IMG/VR virus record: IMGVR_UViG_3300037198_000035
Coordinates: 1-57,671 of that record
DNA: 57,671 nt
DNA from: a virus
Lineage: Duplodnaviria; Caudoviricetes
Reading direction: 5' to 3' (one strand)
Positions 9,036-18,343 of this stretch are shown piece by piece. The notes beneath the pieces were generated by a model, which saw only the letters and a list, made by a program, of their open reading frames with translations, was not told where the DNA came from and did no database searches. A program made the translations under genes and the position numbers. Positions within the stretch are counted from its first letter, which is position 1, and each line of letters opens with the position of its first letter.

Positions 9036-10000
9036 AAAAGTTAATCGTCTCTATCTATGTTTTATTAACAGCCCTTAATATCTTTGCACAAGGAACAGTA
9101 GTAACAAACTATCCTTATGAGCCTCAGATGAGTAATGGGCAGACAATTCTAATCGTTGATGCGGCCCATTTAACAATGTATCAAATTGATAAGACTAACG
9201 TGTCCCTGACTGCAGGCGACAACGCGAACACAAACGGCACACCGCAGGCGTGGAGTGGGACGAATTACTTTACCAATCCGAGCAATACTTTCACCGGAAC
9301 TTTCACCGGCAGCGGCCCCAACCTGACGAACCTGAATCCCGCAAACCTGTCTGCCGGGAATTTGCCTGCGACTGTCACCAACACCGCGCCACTCAACTCA
9401 GCGAACCTGACTGGCACCTTGCCGATGGGCACCTTGACCGCGTCCGGCACAAATCTGCCCGGCGGTGTGCTGATAACAGATGGTGTTGGTAGCAGGAGTT
9501 ACACCAACAGCCTGGTTGGGTTATCTAACATCACCGCTTCTGGCAACGTCACTGCTTCAACCTTCAGCGGTGGCGTTGCGTCCACCAACCTGACCGGCAC
9601 TGTTCCGCCGGAGCGGTTGCCGATTTGGATATGGCAGACAAATGTGCTTTATTCTCAGGGGTCCGCCACAGTATATTTATTTACCAACAACTTCCTGCTT
9701 ACCAATTCTGGGTCGGTATTTATTGACTGCACTGCTGTCGGAGACTGTCTAACCAACATTTTGCAGGGGTCTTTTGTTCAAGAGAAAATGATAAAATACT
9801 GCGCTCCAACTTCAAATGCCACTCCCACGGTTGTTGGGGCATCTTTATATTCCGCTAGTCAGTCCCTTGGGTCGTCAGTCAGCATAAATGCGACGGCCGC
9901 GGCGGGCGGATTAGTGGAAATGTTTACGGGCGGGTTGGCAACCACGAACAATTACAAAATTGTAGTCATTTGGAAAACGCTTCAACAAGCAGGCCCATGA
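9032..10000 (+). CDS. signal-peptide-bearing fibre-like protein
   Basis: MKKLIVSIYVLLTALNIFA; repeated fibre-like FTGSGPNLTNLNPANL and NLTGT segments. Confidence 0.65.
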   Translation: MKKLIVSIYVLLTALNIFAQGTVVTNYPYEPQMSNGQTILIVDAAHLTMYQIDKTNVSLTAGDNANTNGTPQAWSGTNYFTNPSNTFTGTFTGSGPNLTNLNPANLSAGNLPATVTNTAPLNSANLTGTLPMGTLTASGTNLPGGVLITDGVGSRSYTNSLVGLSNITASGNVTASTFSGGVASTNLTGTVPPERLPIWIWQTNVLYSQGSATVYLFTNNFLLTNSGSVFIDCTAVGDCLTNILQGSFVQEKMIKYCAPTSNATPTVVGASLYSASQSLGSSVSINATAAAGGLVEMFTGGLATTNNYKIVVIWKTLQQAGP

Positions 10001-10132
10001 AAACCATCCTCCTACTCCTACTATCCCTGTTGGATGGCATTGACTATTTGACGCCATGACCACCCTCCGAAAACTTTATCGTGGACTTGGCCTTGCGACC
10101 ATTGGCCTGCTCGTATGGGTTTTAATTTACAT

Positions 10133-12079
10133 ATGACCCTTCGCCTCTCCATCCTTTGCGCCCTGCTGCTGGCTGTCCCGGCGATGGCTACGACGTACTA
10201 TGTCGCAACCAATGGCAATAACTCTTGGGATGGTTCTGCACCGACGTATGTTTCGGGAACGACCGGCCCGTTTGCGGATTTCTACCCGATTAACTGGGGT
10301 AGTGCTCATGCATTGCAGCCGGGGGATACGCTTTATGTTAGGGGAGGTGTTTGGAATCACACGAATGATGGCTTAAACAACAGATTGCTCGTTGCAAATG
10401 TCTCCGCGTCTCAGGCCAGTCCTATTGTAGTCTCTAATTATCCGGGCGAATATCCCATAATTTATGGCAGTGGGCCGAACAATAATGCCATTCAACTCAC
10501 GGCCTGTTCATGGGTGAAGATTTTTGGAATCAATGTAACAAATGCCTATCGTTCCGTTCTTTGCTTTGGTGTGACAAATTGTGAGATTGCCTACTGTGAT
10601 TTTGGAGGCGGGGACACGTCAGTTGGATGCTGTTTGGCGGTGTTCTCGATGTATTCCAGTTCGCAATCGAATTGGGTTCACAACTGCACCATTCACGACG
10701 GGGGAGTTGACCCAACGGCTGTTCAGGGTAGCGGGCACAGCGCCACTTTTGGCTTGTTCTATTCGACTAATGATTGCACGGCTTACAACATCATTGAGAG
10801 TAACAATCTCTATCATGCCGGGCATGACACCCTGTCGGTCTATGGGCAGAATAATCTCGTTCAGTATAACTTCATGCACAACGAGCCGTGGTATTTTATG
10901 ACCACAAACATCAATCAAGAAGTTGGCATGAGGGACATGGAGTTGGGTGGGGAGTATTGCGTGGGAAACATCGCTCAATACAACCGATGTCAATATGCCG
11001 GGATTACGCCGAACAGTGGTTCTCATGGGATTGAGTTTGACGGGGCATCGTTAAATATCATGCGGATGAATACACTCGCTAACAACGACTTTGCCGGACT
11101 TGTTATTTATCCCAAGCCCGGCACGGCAAACTGGTATTTCGGCAGCAATTACTTTTACAATAATACCATAGTAGGCAATGGGTTTGGCAGCACGAACTTA
11201 AACCAAACCTACGAGTGGAGTGTCGCTTCGGTAATGACTACCGGAACGACCAATAACTTTTTTGTGAACAACCTCTATTGGGGCAATGAGACTAATTATT
11301 ACAGTGGCGTCGCGCTCTTGATGGTCAACAACTCATCTGGAATTGGTCTTTGGCGGAACAACCTCACAAACGTCAATCCCATGTTCGCGGACACGACGCT
11401 TGGCGGGCCATTCAGTCAGACACAGCCAGACTATCATTTGACTACAGGCAGTCCAGCGATTGATGCAGGGGTTTTCTTGACAACCATCACCAGTGCGAGC
11501 GGTAGCAGCACGACATTTAATGTCGGTGATGCGAATTACTTTTACGCGGGTTTGACAGCCGCCGGACACACAATTCCGGGGGACACAATTCAACTGCAAG
11601 GTCAAACCAATACAGTTACGATTACCTCCATTTCTGGAAACACACTCACGGTGAACAGTTCGGTGACGTGGACGAATGGGCAGGGCGTGGCTTTGTCTTA
11701 TTCCGGTAGTGCGCCAGATGTCGGGGCATTTGAGTTTATGACCAGTCAGCCAACAACGAATTTGATCCCGGCCGGGGCGGTGTATGATGTGGCGGGCCGG
11801 TATTATCTTCGTGGTTCCGATGGGTACAATCCGAATGCGACCATTTTACAACTTGGAGGAACGTATCTTATGACATTTGGAGCCAATGAATTTAGACTGT
11901 CCCCATTTGGTGGGGCGAATGTTATGGGGCCGTCTTATCAATGGACGTATCCCGACCCGGCTGTGGGAGATTTGGGTTCTTGGTTGGTAGGAACCAGCCC
12001 CGGCGCACCCGTCACCGCAATCTTGACATCAAACACGCCGCCAACGGGCTTGAAAGTTTACGCACCAGTGAGGAAATGA
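10133..12079 (+). CDS. signal-peptide-bearing right-handed parallel beta-helix (pectin-lyase-like) protein, possible depolymerase
   Basis: MTLRLSILCALLLAVPAMA-TTYYVATNGNNSWDGS, LQPGDTLYVRGG, PbH1-like Asn repeats, DYHLTTGSPAIDAG, APDVGAFE. Confidence 0.8.
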   Translation: MTLRLSILCALLLAVPAMATTYYVATNGNNSWDGSAPTYVSGTTGPFADFYPINWGSAHALQPGDTLYVRGGVWNHTNDGLNNRLLVANVSASQASPIVVSNYPGEYPIIYGSGPNNNAIQLTACSWVKIFGINVTNAYRSVLCFGVTNCEIAYCDFGGGDTSVGCCLAVFSMYSSSQSNWVHNCTIHDGGVDPTAVQGSGHSATFGLFYSTNDCTAYNIIESNNLYHAGHDTLSVYGQNNLVQYNFMHNEPWYFMTTNINQEVGMRDMELGGEYCVGNIAQYNRCQYAGITPNSGSHGIEFDGASLNIMRMNTLANNDFAGLVIYPKPGTANWYFGSNYFYNNTIVGNGFGSTNLNQTYEWSVASVMTTGTTNNFFVNNLYWGNETNYYSGVALLMVNNSSGIGLWRNNLTNVNPMFADTTLGGPFSQTQPDYHLTTGSPAIDAGVFLTTITSASGSSTTFNVGDANYFYAGLTAAGHTIPGDTIQLQGQTNTVTITSISGNTLTVNSSVTWTNGQGVALSYSGSAPDVGAFEFMTSQPTTNLIPAGAVYDVAGRYYLRGSDGYNPNATILQLGGTYLMTFGANEFRLSPFGGANVMGPSYQWTYPDPAVGDLGSWLVGTSPGAPVTAILTSNTPPTGLKVYAPVRK

Positions 12080-12087
12080 AAGGGTGA

Positions 12088-12522
12088 ATGGACAATATGA
12101 AACTCGAATCCGAATCCGAATCCGAATTAAGAGACGAACGCCGCGAAGAACGCAAAGAGCAGCGCAGAGAATTGCGACAGATGCGCGACAATGGAATTAT
12201 TGGAGAAAAAACACCCATTCGGATTGGGTTGTTGTTGACCATCGCACTTCTTTTAACTGGAGGATTTGGCACTTCTATTTGGTGGGCGGCAACAATCTCA
12301 ACGAAGTTGGATGCCATCATTATCAGTCAAGGCGTACAGACTGCCGCCATCGCAACAACCCAAACAGACGTGGCCGACTTGAAAGCGTGGCGGAAGGTGG
12401 TGGATGTAGCCGGAACTCCATCAGCAAGTGCCAGATTGAATGCTTTGGGCGAGAAATTAAACACGGTTGAGGAAATGATAAAAATGCACATAGCCAAGGA
12501 AGATAGAACAAAAACAAATTGA
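12088..12522 (+). CDS. single-TM coiled-coil membrane protein (lysis-associated?)
   Basis: charged N-terminus, one hydrophobic helix, then coiled coil. Confidence 0.55.
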   Translation: MDNMKLESESESELRDERREERKEQRRELRQMRDNGIIGEKTPIRIGLLLTIALLLTGGFGTSIWWAATISTKLDAIIISQGVQTAAIATTQTDVADLKAWRKVVDVAGTPSASARLNALGEKLNTVEEMIKMHIAKEDRTKTN

Positions 12523-12526
12523 GATT

Positions 12527-12811
12527 ATGATTCAAAAACTGTTTGCCCATTGGAAAACAACGTCTGCCGGTTTGCTGATGATTCTCGGTTCAGTCGTTCA
12601 TCTTGTGTTTTCCGTTCGCGCCCATACCGCCGACGAAAACACATGGACAATTTCATTGACGGCCATCATTGGGGGAATCGGATTGATGTTTTCTGGCGAT
12701 GCCGCAAACTCTGAAAAGAACTCCGTTGCGATTGACAAGATCAATCTTGAAGGCCCGGATGCCTCTGCTGCGCCACTGGCAGCCACGTCAGCCGTTCCGC
12801 CAACGCCATAA
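12527..12811 (+). CDS. putative holin
   Basis: 94 aa, HWKTTSAG motif, two TM helices. Confidence 0.55.
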   Translation: MIQKLFAHWKTTSAGLLMILGSVVHLVFSVRAHTADENTWTISLTAIIGGIGLMFSGDAANSEKNSVAIDKINLEGPDASAAPLAATSAVPPTP

Positions 12812-12857
12812 TTTCACGCTGGCAATTCAAAGAAAACGCAGTATCCTTTAATTCACC

Positions 12858-13532
12858 ATGAAAAAAACACTCCTAATCCTAACGGCGGTGGCGGCTATGC
12901 TGGCCATCGGTTTTACGGCACAGGCGCAGACCTACACAACGAACGTAGTCTTCACCGCAGTCACGAACGCAAATGGGCAGATCGTCACTACCGAGACTGA
13001 CACAATCAATGTGGCGATTCCAGCGCCCGTCACGAACGTCGTCGTAATCGTTCAGACGAACGGAGTTACACCCCCGCCCACCGCTCAAAGCTTTCTAAGC
13101 ACGGCTTGGAACGACTTCAAGGGAGCAACGAATTATGCCATTGCGCCATACGCGACCTATGCGCCCAGTGCGCCAACAAAGATTGGCGGGGGCATCCTCG
13201 GCATTTACAACGTCAACAACTACGTTGGGGCGGGCCTTGGTCTTGACTGGCTCGGCGATTTTAGCATGGTGTCAGGCAACATCCAGTTGAAGTTGCCGAT
13301 CAGCGTGGGGCAGTCCATTAAATTTACTCCGTTTGTTCTCGGCGGAATTGGCGCTCCATTCTCAGGCGGAAGTGGCGCGTCCTTAATTGAAGATGCTGGT
13401 GCTTATGCCCAATTTGGGCATCTGTGGGGTGGCCAATTTGTCGTTGGTGCGAGTTACGGAAAATGGCTTGGCAGCGGGCCTTATGATGTGACGCGCTATC
13501 ACGGTTTCCTTGGCTGGATGAAAGGATTCTAA
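12858..13532 (+). CDS. outer-membrane beta-barrel-like protein
   Basis: signal peptide ending AQA, Thr/Asn/Val-rich linker, about eight alternating Gly/aromatic strands, terminal GFLGWMKGF. Confidence 0.65.
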   Translation: MKKTLLILTAVAAMLAIGFTAQAQTYTTNVVFTAVTNANGQIVTTETDTINVAIPAPVTNVVVIVQTNGVTPPPTAQSFLSTAWNDFKGATNYAIAPYATYAPSAPTKIGGGILGIYNVNNYVGAGLGLDWLGDFSMVSGNIQLKLPISVGQSIKFTPFVLGGIGAPFSGGSGASLIEDAGAYAQFGHLWGGQFVVGASYGKWLGSGPYDVTRYHGFLGWMKGF

Positions 13533-13549
13533 TTTTGGGGTAGGGTTGT

Positions 13550-13596
13550 CGGGCGGCACTGGCTCCGTATGGGGCACCGCCGCCCGCAATGTTTTG
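13550..13596 (+). terminator. putative intrinsic terminator
   Basis: CGGGCGGC...GCCGCCCG stem followed by AATGTTTT. Confidence 0.45.
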
Positions 13597-13608
13597 TGAA
13601 GGCTGACA

Positions 13609-13707
13609 AATCAACGTATGAGCCAAGCCACAGCCAACCAAAAACCGTCAACCGTGAAAGCGGAGGCTGGCCACCCAATGGCTGTTGGCTTCGGCGATTT
13701 GTTGGGC
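13609..13707 (-). other. attC: attC-like recombination site
   Basis: minus strand GCCCAAC-5 nt-GCCGAAGC...GCTTGGC-6 nt-GTTGATT, with one extra base in L''. Confidence 0.75.
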
Positions 13708-14379
13708 TGGCGCGACTATGACAACCAAAACCAAAGGAATAATATGATGCAGAATTTAATCCTGTTTGCTTGGCGACATGGAATAACCGCTTGCGAGAAA
13801 AAGGCGGAGGCAATCGCTTTGGAACGAAGGGGGCCGCTGGTCAACATCGGCGGTGGCGTCACATCAAGCCGCTGGCACAACATTCCAAAATGTGATGCGA
13901 AAATTGACGGGCTTGATTTTAACACCCACCGGCTTCCTTATCCTGACAACCAATACGGGGTTGTGGTCTGTGAACAGGTCATCGAGCACCTTCACAACAC
14001 GACTTGGTTTTTGTCGGAACTGTATCGCATTTTGAAACCGTGCGGAAAGTTGTTGCTGGCGACGGAGAATCTCGGCTCATTGCCAAACATCTTTGCATTG
14101 CTGCTCGGCGTTGCCCCGTTCAGCACCCAGCCGTGCTGCGGAAAGTATCGCGGCGGATGGAAGCAGGGTACCGCAGATAATCATGGCTTGGAAAAGAACC
14201 ATCCCTGCTATTCGGGAGTCACCGGCCATGTGCGCGTGATGACCACGAAACAGTTATGCGAATTGCTGGTTGAATCCGGGTTCATTGTGCAGGCTGTCCA
14301 CGGCTTTTCCTTCCGGCACTACATTTTAATCGAAGCAACCAAAGCCGCGACCGCGCAGCCCAACAAGGTCCTATCATGA
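13618..14379 (+). CDS. class I SAM-dependent methyltransferase (cassette-borne)
   Basis: VNIGGG, LPYPDNQYGVVVCEQVIEHL, ELYRILKPCG. Confidence 0.85.
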   Translation: MSQATANQKPSTVKAEAGHPMAVGFGDLLGWRDYDNQNQRNNMMQNLILFAWRHGITACEKKAEAIALERRGPLVNIGGGVTSSRWHNIPKCDAKIDGLDFNTHRLPYPDNQYGVVVCEQVIEHLHNTTWFLSELYRILKPCGKLLLATENLGSLPNIFALLLGVAPFSTQPCCGKYRGGWKQGTADNHGLEKNHPCYSGVTGHVRVMTTKQLCELLVESGFIVQAVHGFSFRHYILIEATKAATAQPNKVLS

Positions 14380-14843
14380 AAATTTTAATTTGGACAGCGC
14401 CGCCCACCGATTTCCTCGAAGGGGCCATTCAGTTTTTAACGCACGGCCCGGCGCATCATGTTGGATTTTTGCGCGCAAACGGACTGGTTCACGAATTGTA
14501 TCCGCCGAAGATACGCGAACGGTCAATCTCTGACGATGAAAAGAAAATCGTCCAAGTATTTTCGCTGGCCGGATTGCCGCCCGAACTGGAATCAAAGTTT
14601 GAGCGCCTGTTTGATTTGGACTTGGAGGCCGGGCTAAAATATAGCAACGCGGATTTGTTCCGGTTCCTTTTCAACGAGGAAATCCCTTTCGACCTGTCCG
14701 GCTATTGCTCTTGGTATGTCATGCGCTGCATTTCCATGTGCGCGCCGATGTGCCTGCCACTGGTCAGGTGCAGTATTGGGCAGGTCAGTCCGCGCGACCT
14801 TTACATTTCACCCCGGTTAATTGAGGAAGGCTGGCAATGTTAA
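14376..14843 (+). CDS. permuted NlpC/P60 (papain-like) amidase
   Basis: His motif HHVG precedes Cys motif YCSWYV; terminal SPRDL. Confidence 0.65.
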   Translation: MKILIWTAPPTDFLEGAIQFLTHGPAHHVGFLRANGLVHELYPPKIRERSISDDEKKIVQVFSLAGLPPELESKFERLFDLDLEAGLKYSNADLFRFLFNEEIPFDLSGYCSWYVMRCISMCAPMCLPLVRCSIGQVSPRDLYISPRLIEEGWQC

Positions 14844-14975
14844 CGTATGCTGTGGTAATATTTCTGTTCTCCGGCTCGGCCCTGATGCTGATTCTGGCCA
14901 TGAACGCTTTGAAGAAGTGACGGGTAGGGTTTTACCCCACTTGCGTCACGCCCGATTCGGGGCTAGGGTTGGCGC

Positions 14976-15158
14976 ATGACATTAAATATTTGGTTTTGGA
15001 TTATCTACGTTGTTTGCGTTTTGTTCAGTTTGTATTTCGGCTGGCCGGAAGGCCCGGCAAATCGAACCACCTTGCGGCCACTCAGCAGCAATGTGATATT
15101 CTTCATCCTTGTTGGCATTCTCGGATGGCGGGTTTTCGGGCCTGCAATTCACGGATAA
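14976..15158 (+). CDS. small two-TM membrane protein
   Basis: 60 aa, two hydrophobic helices; TTGCGT-17-TAGGGT ends 6 nt upstream of the ATG. Confidence 0.6.
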   Translation: MTLNIWFWIIYVVCVLFSLYFGWPEGPANRTTLRPLSSNVIFFILVGILGWRVFGPAIHG

Positions 15159-15254
15159 GACAGGTTTTAGGCAAAGTTGATGCTTTTTGGGGTGAAAGTG
15201 CGGCAAATCAAGCGGTAGGAAGCCAAACCAGCCTTCTGGCGCGTCGGCAGATGG

Positions 15255-15890
15255 TCATTTTGGCTCAAACAGCTTCTTGGCGATTCGGCAGGCGGTGGAT
15301 TCGCATATTCCAAATCTTTTAGCAATGCGTGTCGGCTTTTCCCCCAACCGAATCAGGTCCGAAAATTGATTGAATCTTTTTCCAACCAACTTGGCCCGTT
15401 TATGACCGTTAAACCGCGTAAAATAATGCCCCTTATTGGTTCTGTCTTTCATGTTATCCAGATGAGTTCCGATAAACAAATGGTTTGGGTTGCAACACGG
15501 CGGATTGTCGCAACGATGACACACAAAAAGACCTTGCGGAATTGCGCCCCTAGAAAGAATCCAAGCCATCCTGTGCGCCCCGAAAGGCAATCGGTCTTTG
15601 CTCAGAGTCCCATATCCTTGTTTGGAAATTGCCCTCATCCAAGGCCAACATTCGTTTTTCTTTCCCCGTTTTACGCCGCCCCAGAAATCGTGGTATGTCT
15701 TACGCGAACATGCTGGACATCCAGTTCTCTTTCCAGACAGAAATGGGTGCGACAATGAATCAAATTCTTTTCCACAGTCGCATTTGCAGTGCCACATCAG
15801 TTGCTTTCCTGGGATTCTGATGGGGCGAAGAATGAGCGCCATACCAAATCGCTGTCCGATTATGTTTTTGGCCTGTCTAGCAATAGTCAT
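15255..15890 (-). CDS. HNH homing-type endonuclease
   Basis: WHCKCDCG, ECWPW, AHRMAW, HRCDNPPCCNPNHL, C-terminal HTH. Confidence 0.88.
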   Translation of the reverse strand: MTIARQAKNIIGQRFGMALILRPIRIPGKQLMWHCKCDCGKEFDSLSHPFLSGKRTGCPACSRKTYHDFWGGVKRGKKNECWPWMRAISKQGYGTLSKDRLPFGAHRMAWILSRGAIPQGLFVCHRCDNPPCCNPNHLFIGTHLDNMKDRTNKGHYFTRFNGHKRAKLVGKRFNQFSDLIRLGEKPTRIAKRFGICESTACRIAKKLFEPK

Positions 15891-15901
15891 AATTCACAAT
15901 A

Positions 15902-16294
15902 TCACTTTTTAGAAAAGAGCGCAAGCGAATACTTGGCAATGGCCAGAGGAAGGGTTTCGGCTCCACCTTCGTGAAGTGTTTCGCCTCTTTTGTTGGTTGT
16001 AAAAACAACAGCATATCCATCTCCCATGCCTTGAATAATCTGAACAGGAATGGACGATTCTTTTGCACACTTTTCCAGCACCATCATCGCGGCGGCGGCG
16101 TCGGTGGTTGGACGAAAGTATTTAATCCGGTTACTTTGTCCCTTTTCCTCGATGATAACCCCGTCAGTCGTGTGCAAGTAAAATGACGCGGCATCCAGTT
16201 GGTTTAACTTTGCGACGCGCCTCCATCCCATCACACGCCCGGCTAAATGGGCATCCAATTTTCTCATTTCTTTTTCAGTCATAATTCCTTTCAT
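15902..16294 (-). CDS. phage ABA-sandwich-domain protein
   Basis: LDAHLAGRVMGW...PTTDAAAAMMVLEK...AETLPLAIAK. Confidence 0.7.
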   Translation of the reverse strand: MKGIMTEKEMRKLDAHLAGRVMGWRRVAKLNQLDAASFYLHTTDGVIIEEKGQSNRIKYFRPTTDAAAAMMVLEKCAKESSIPVQIIQGMGDGYAVVFTTNKRGETLHEGGAETLPLAIAKYSLALFSKK

Positions 16295-16491
16295 TTTACC
16301 TGCAACTCGCCTGACTTTTCCCCGCCGAGATCAACTCCCGCACGCAACTTGTGCGCCCGGTCAGCCTCGACTCGCGTCACCATTGCCGCTCCTGCCGCCA
16401 TCGCTTCAATGACCATCTCCACAGGAACTTGCGAAGCGCACGCATGGTCAATGACGAACTTCACGGCGGCTGGCTTGAAATCAAATTTCAT
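16291..16491 (-). CDS. hypothetical protein
   Basis: ORF coupled to both neighbours; probable start MKFDF. Confidence 0.5.
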   Translation of the reverse strand: MKFDFKPAAVKFVIDHACASQVPVEMVIEAMAAGAAMVTRVEADRAHKLRAGVDLGGEKSGELQVK

Positions 16492-16778
16492 GGGTTTGCG
16501 AGTCGGATAAGCACCGAGGCATGACAAATATCAGGTTCTCCCGCTTTCGGCAGCGGACACCAACACGCCAAGTTCTTGCCGCGCAACTGTTCAATGGCAT
16601 CGCCAATCAACCCGTCCGTGATGTTGGCTTCGTAAAGCGAAACGCATTGGTCGCGGTCGCCGTCTATTCCAATTCGGAATGGATTGCCAAAGCGTGATGG
16701 GCGGGAAACTTTCACGGTGTTTGGAGGCATACGCCAGCCGCGCTTTCGACTCAACTGGATTCGTTTAGGTTCACTCAT
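16488..16778 (-). CDS. DUF4326-family protein
   Basis: VSRPSRFGNPF...LRGKNLACWC...CHASVL. Confidence 0.85.
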   Translation of the reverse strand: MSEPKRIQLSRKRGWRMPPNTVKVSRPSRFGNPFRIGIDGDRDQCVSLYEANITDGLIGDAIEQLRGKNLACWCPLPKAGEPDICHASVLIRLANP

Positions 16779-16835
16779 CTCATTTCCTCATCCGTCAGCT
16801 TGGTTGACCGTAAAACAAAATTGGAAAGCGGGGGG

Positions 16836-17054
16836 TCATAACGGTGTGGATATTTGTCCTAATCGAAGCGTCATAACTGTGATAGACACTCCGAATTTCA
16901 CGGCTAGTTTCTTCATGGCCATATCATCGCCGATGTCTATGTTTCCGCCCATGCGCTTAATCTCTTTACGCACCAATTCCTCCGGCATGAGCAAACACAT
17001 GGCGAAATAGTTGGACTCTTTTTCTTCGGTCAAGTCAATGGATGGAATTTTCAT
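16836..17054 (-). CDS. ImmA/IrrE-like C-terminal fragment
   Basis: EKESNYFAMCLLMP and LAVKFGVS...RL present; HExxH absent. Confidence 0.65.
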   Translation of the reverse strand: MKIPSIDLTEEKESNYFAMCLLMPEELVRKEIKRMGGNIDIGDDMAMKKLAVKFGVSITVMTLRLGQISTPL

Positions 17055-17938
17055 TTAGTCTTTTTCCGCTTTGAGCCGTCTGCGTTTAACCCCCTCGCAA
17101 GATTATCTTCAATTTTGCTGTAAAAGTCGTTTTCTTCCGGGATGTCGGTTACGGGAGGTATTGATGAATGTTTGTGACTGTCAGGTATCCCCAAAATCTC
17201 TCTGGCCTCGGCCCGTATCTGATACCACGCAGCACACTTCTCTGCTTCGCGCGCCCAATGGTCAGCGGCGATAGCTTCTTGATTCAGGGCGTCGAGGCAT
17301 TTGGCGAGCATCTTTCGGAGTCGGTCGCGCTCGGTTTCAATCTGATAAATGTAGGATGCCACATTCGGAAGAATAACACACGCTTCAACTTTCCTTGCCT
17401 CATCCCGTTGGCGTTCGAGTTTGCGGGCGAAGATAACAAGTCCAAGTGTTCCTAATTCACATTTATGATTTTTAAGAATAAAAGCATCCGTCTCTGGTGT
17501 TGGTGTGTTCATGTGTTCGAGTCCTTGACGAGCAGATTGACAGTTTGGGCAGTATTCCGGCGAACCTTCGCTCATTGTCGTTTTACGGTCAGGTGTTTTG
17601 CATTCATAGTGTCCGGTAAATTCCTTCACAAACTCATTAACTTTTTCAGATTCGGACTTTGGCGCTCTGCGAGTTTCAGTTTGCCAAATAATTGGGAAGC
17701 ATGGCACAATGCAGAGATACCACGTCGTTTGTTTCGGTTGCGTCATTTCGGTTGGCGTGTGGCCGCTGGTGTAGGCATGACCGGCTATTGGGTCGCCGCA
17801 GTGACACGTTGGCTCCGGGACGAGAGTTTTCCAGTATAGACCTATCCAGCAGTCTTGTTTGACGAATTTTATTTTCATATTGTCTTGAATTGATATTTGA
17901 TTGAGTTCGGATTCAATTATTTCATCGCTGTTTTTCAT
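17051..17938 (-). CDS. mosaic hypothetical protein
   Basis: 295-aa open frame with several module-like segments (CHCG, CPNC, TPETDA...ARKLERQRDEAR). Confidence 0.55.
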   Translation of the reverse strand: MKNSDEIIESELNQISIQDNMKIKFVKQDCWIGLYWKTLVPEPTCHCGDPIAGHAYTSGHTPTEMTQPKQTTWYLCIVPCFPIIWQTETRRAPKSESEKVNEFVKEFTGHYECKTPDRKTTMSEGSPEYCPNCQSARQGLEHMNTPTPETDAFILKNHKCELGTLGLVIFARKLERQRDEARKVEACVILPNVASYIYQIETERDRLRKMLAKCLDALNQEAIAADHWAREAEKCAAWYQIRAEAREILGIPDSHKHSSIPPVTDIPEENDFYSKIEDNLARGLNADGSKRKKTK

Positions 17939-18234
17939 TTTGGTTGATTGAATTGGGCGAGAGAGGCGCGGGCCATTTTTTGAATCCTACCAATGTCGTC
18001 CACCCAATCTGCCGCATCCGTGTATTCATTTGAAATGGCCAGAGCCAATTCCAAAAGCCCTTTTGAGCCTTGCTTCCATCGGTTCAATTCCTGTTCGAGT
18101 TGGTCTTTAACAGCCTCTGTGAGCCCGATGCTGGTCAAATGCAATTCGGTTGATGACTGGATATAACAATCATCCCCGACTTCACACTTCTTAAATCCTA
18201 GTTGTTCTAGTGTTCTTGGTGTTTCAGAGTTCAT
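17935..18234 (-). CDS. hypothetical protein
   Basis: probable start MNSETPRT; coupled to the downstream ORF. Confidence 0.5.
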   Translation of the reverse strand: MNSETPRTLEQLGFKKCEVGDDCYIQSSTELHLTSIGLTEAVKDQLEQELNRWKQGSKGLLELALAISNEYTDAADWVDDIGRIQKMARASLAQFNQPK

Positions 18235-18343
18235 TTGAATTGATAGTTTCTTCGGTTCAGCCGTGCCCGCAGATTGGCGCAGGCCAGTTGACGGCACGCC
18301 ACGCGCAGTTCGCGCAGGGCTGAGGCTGTTTTGGGGAAGTCGT

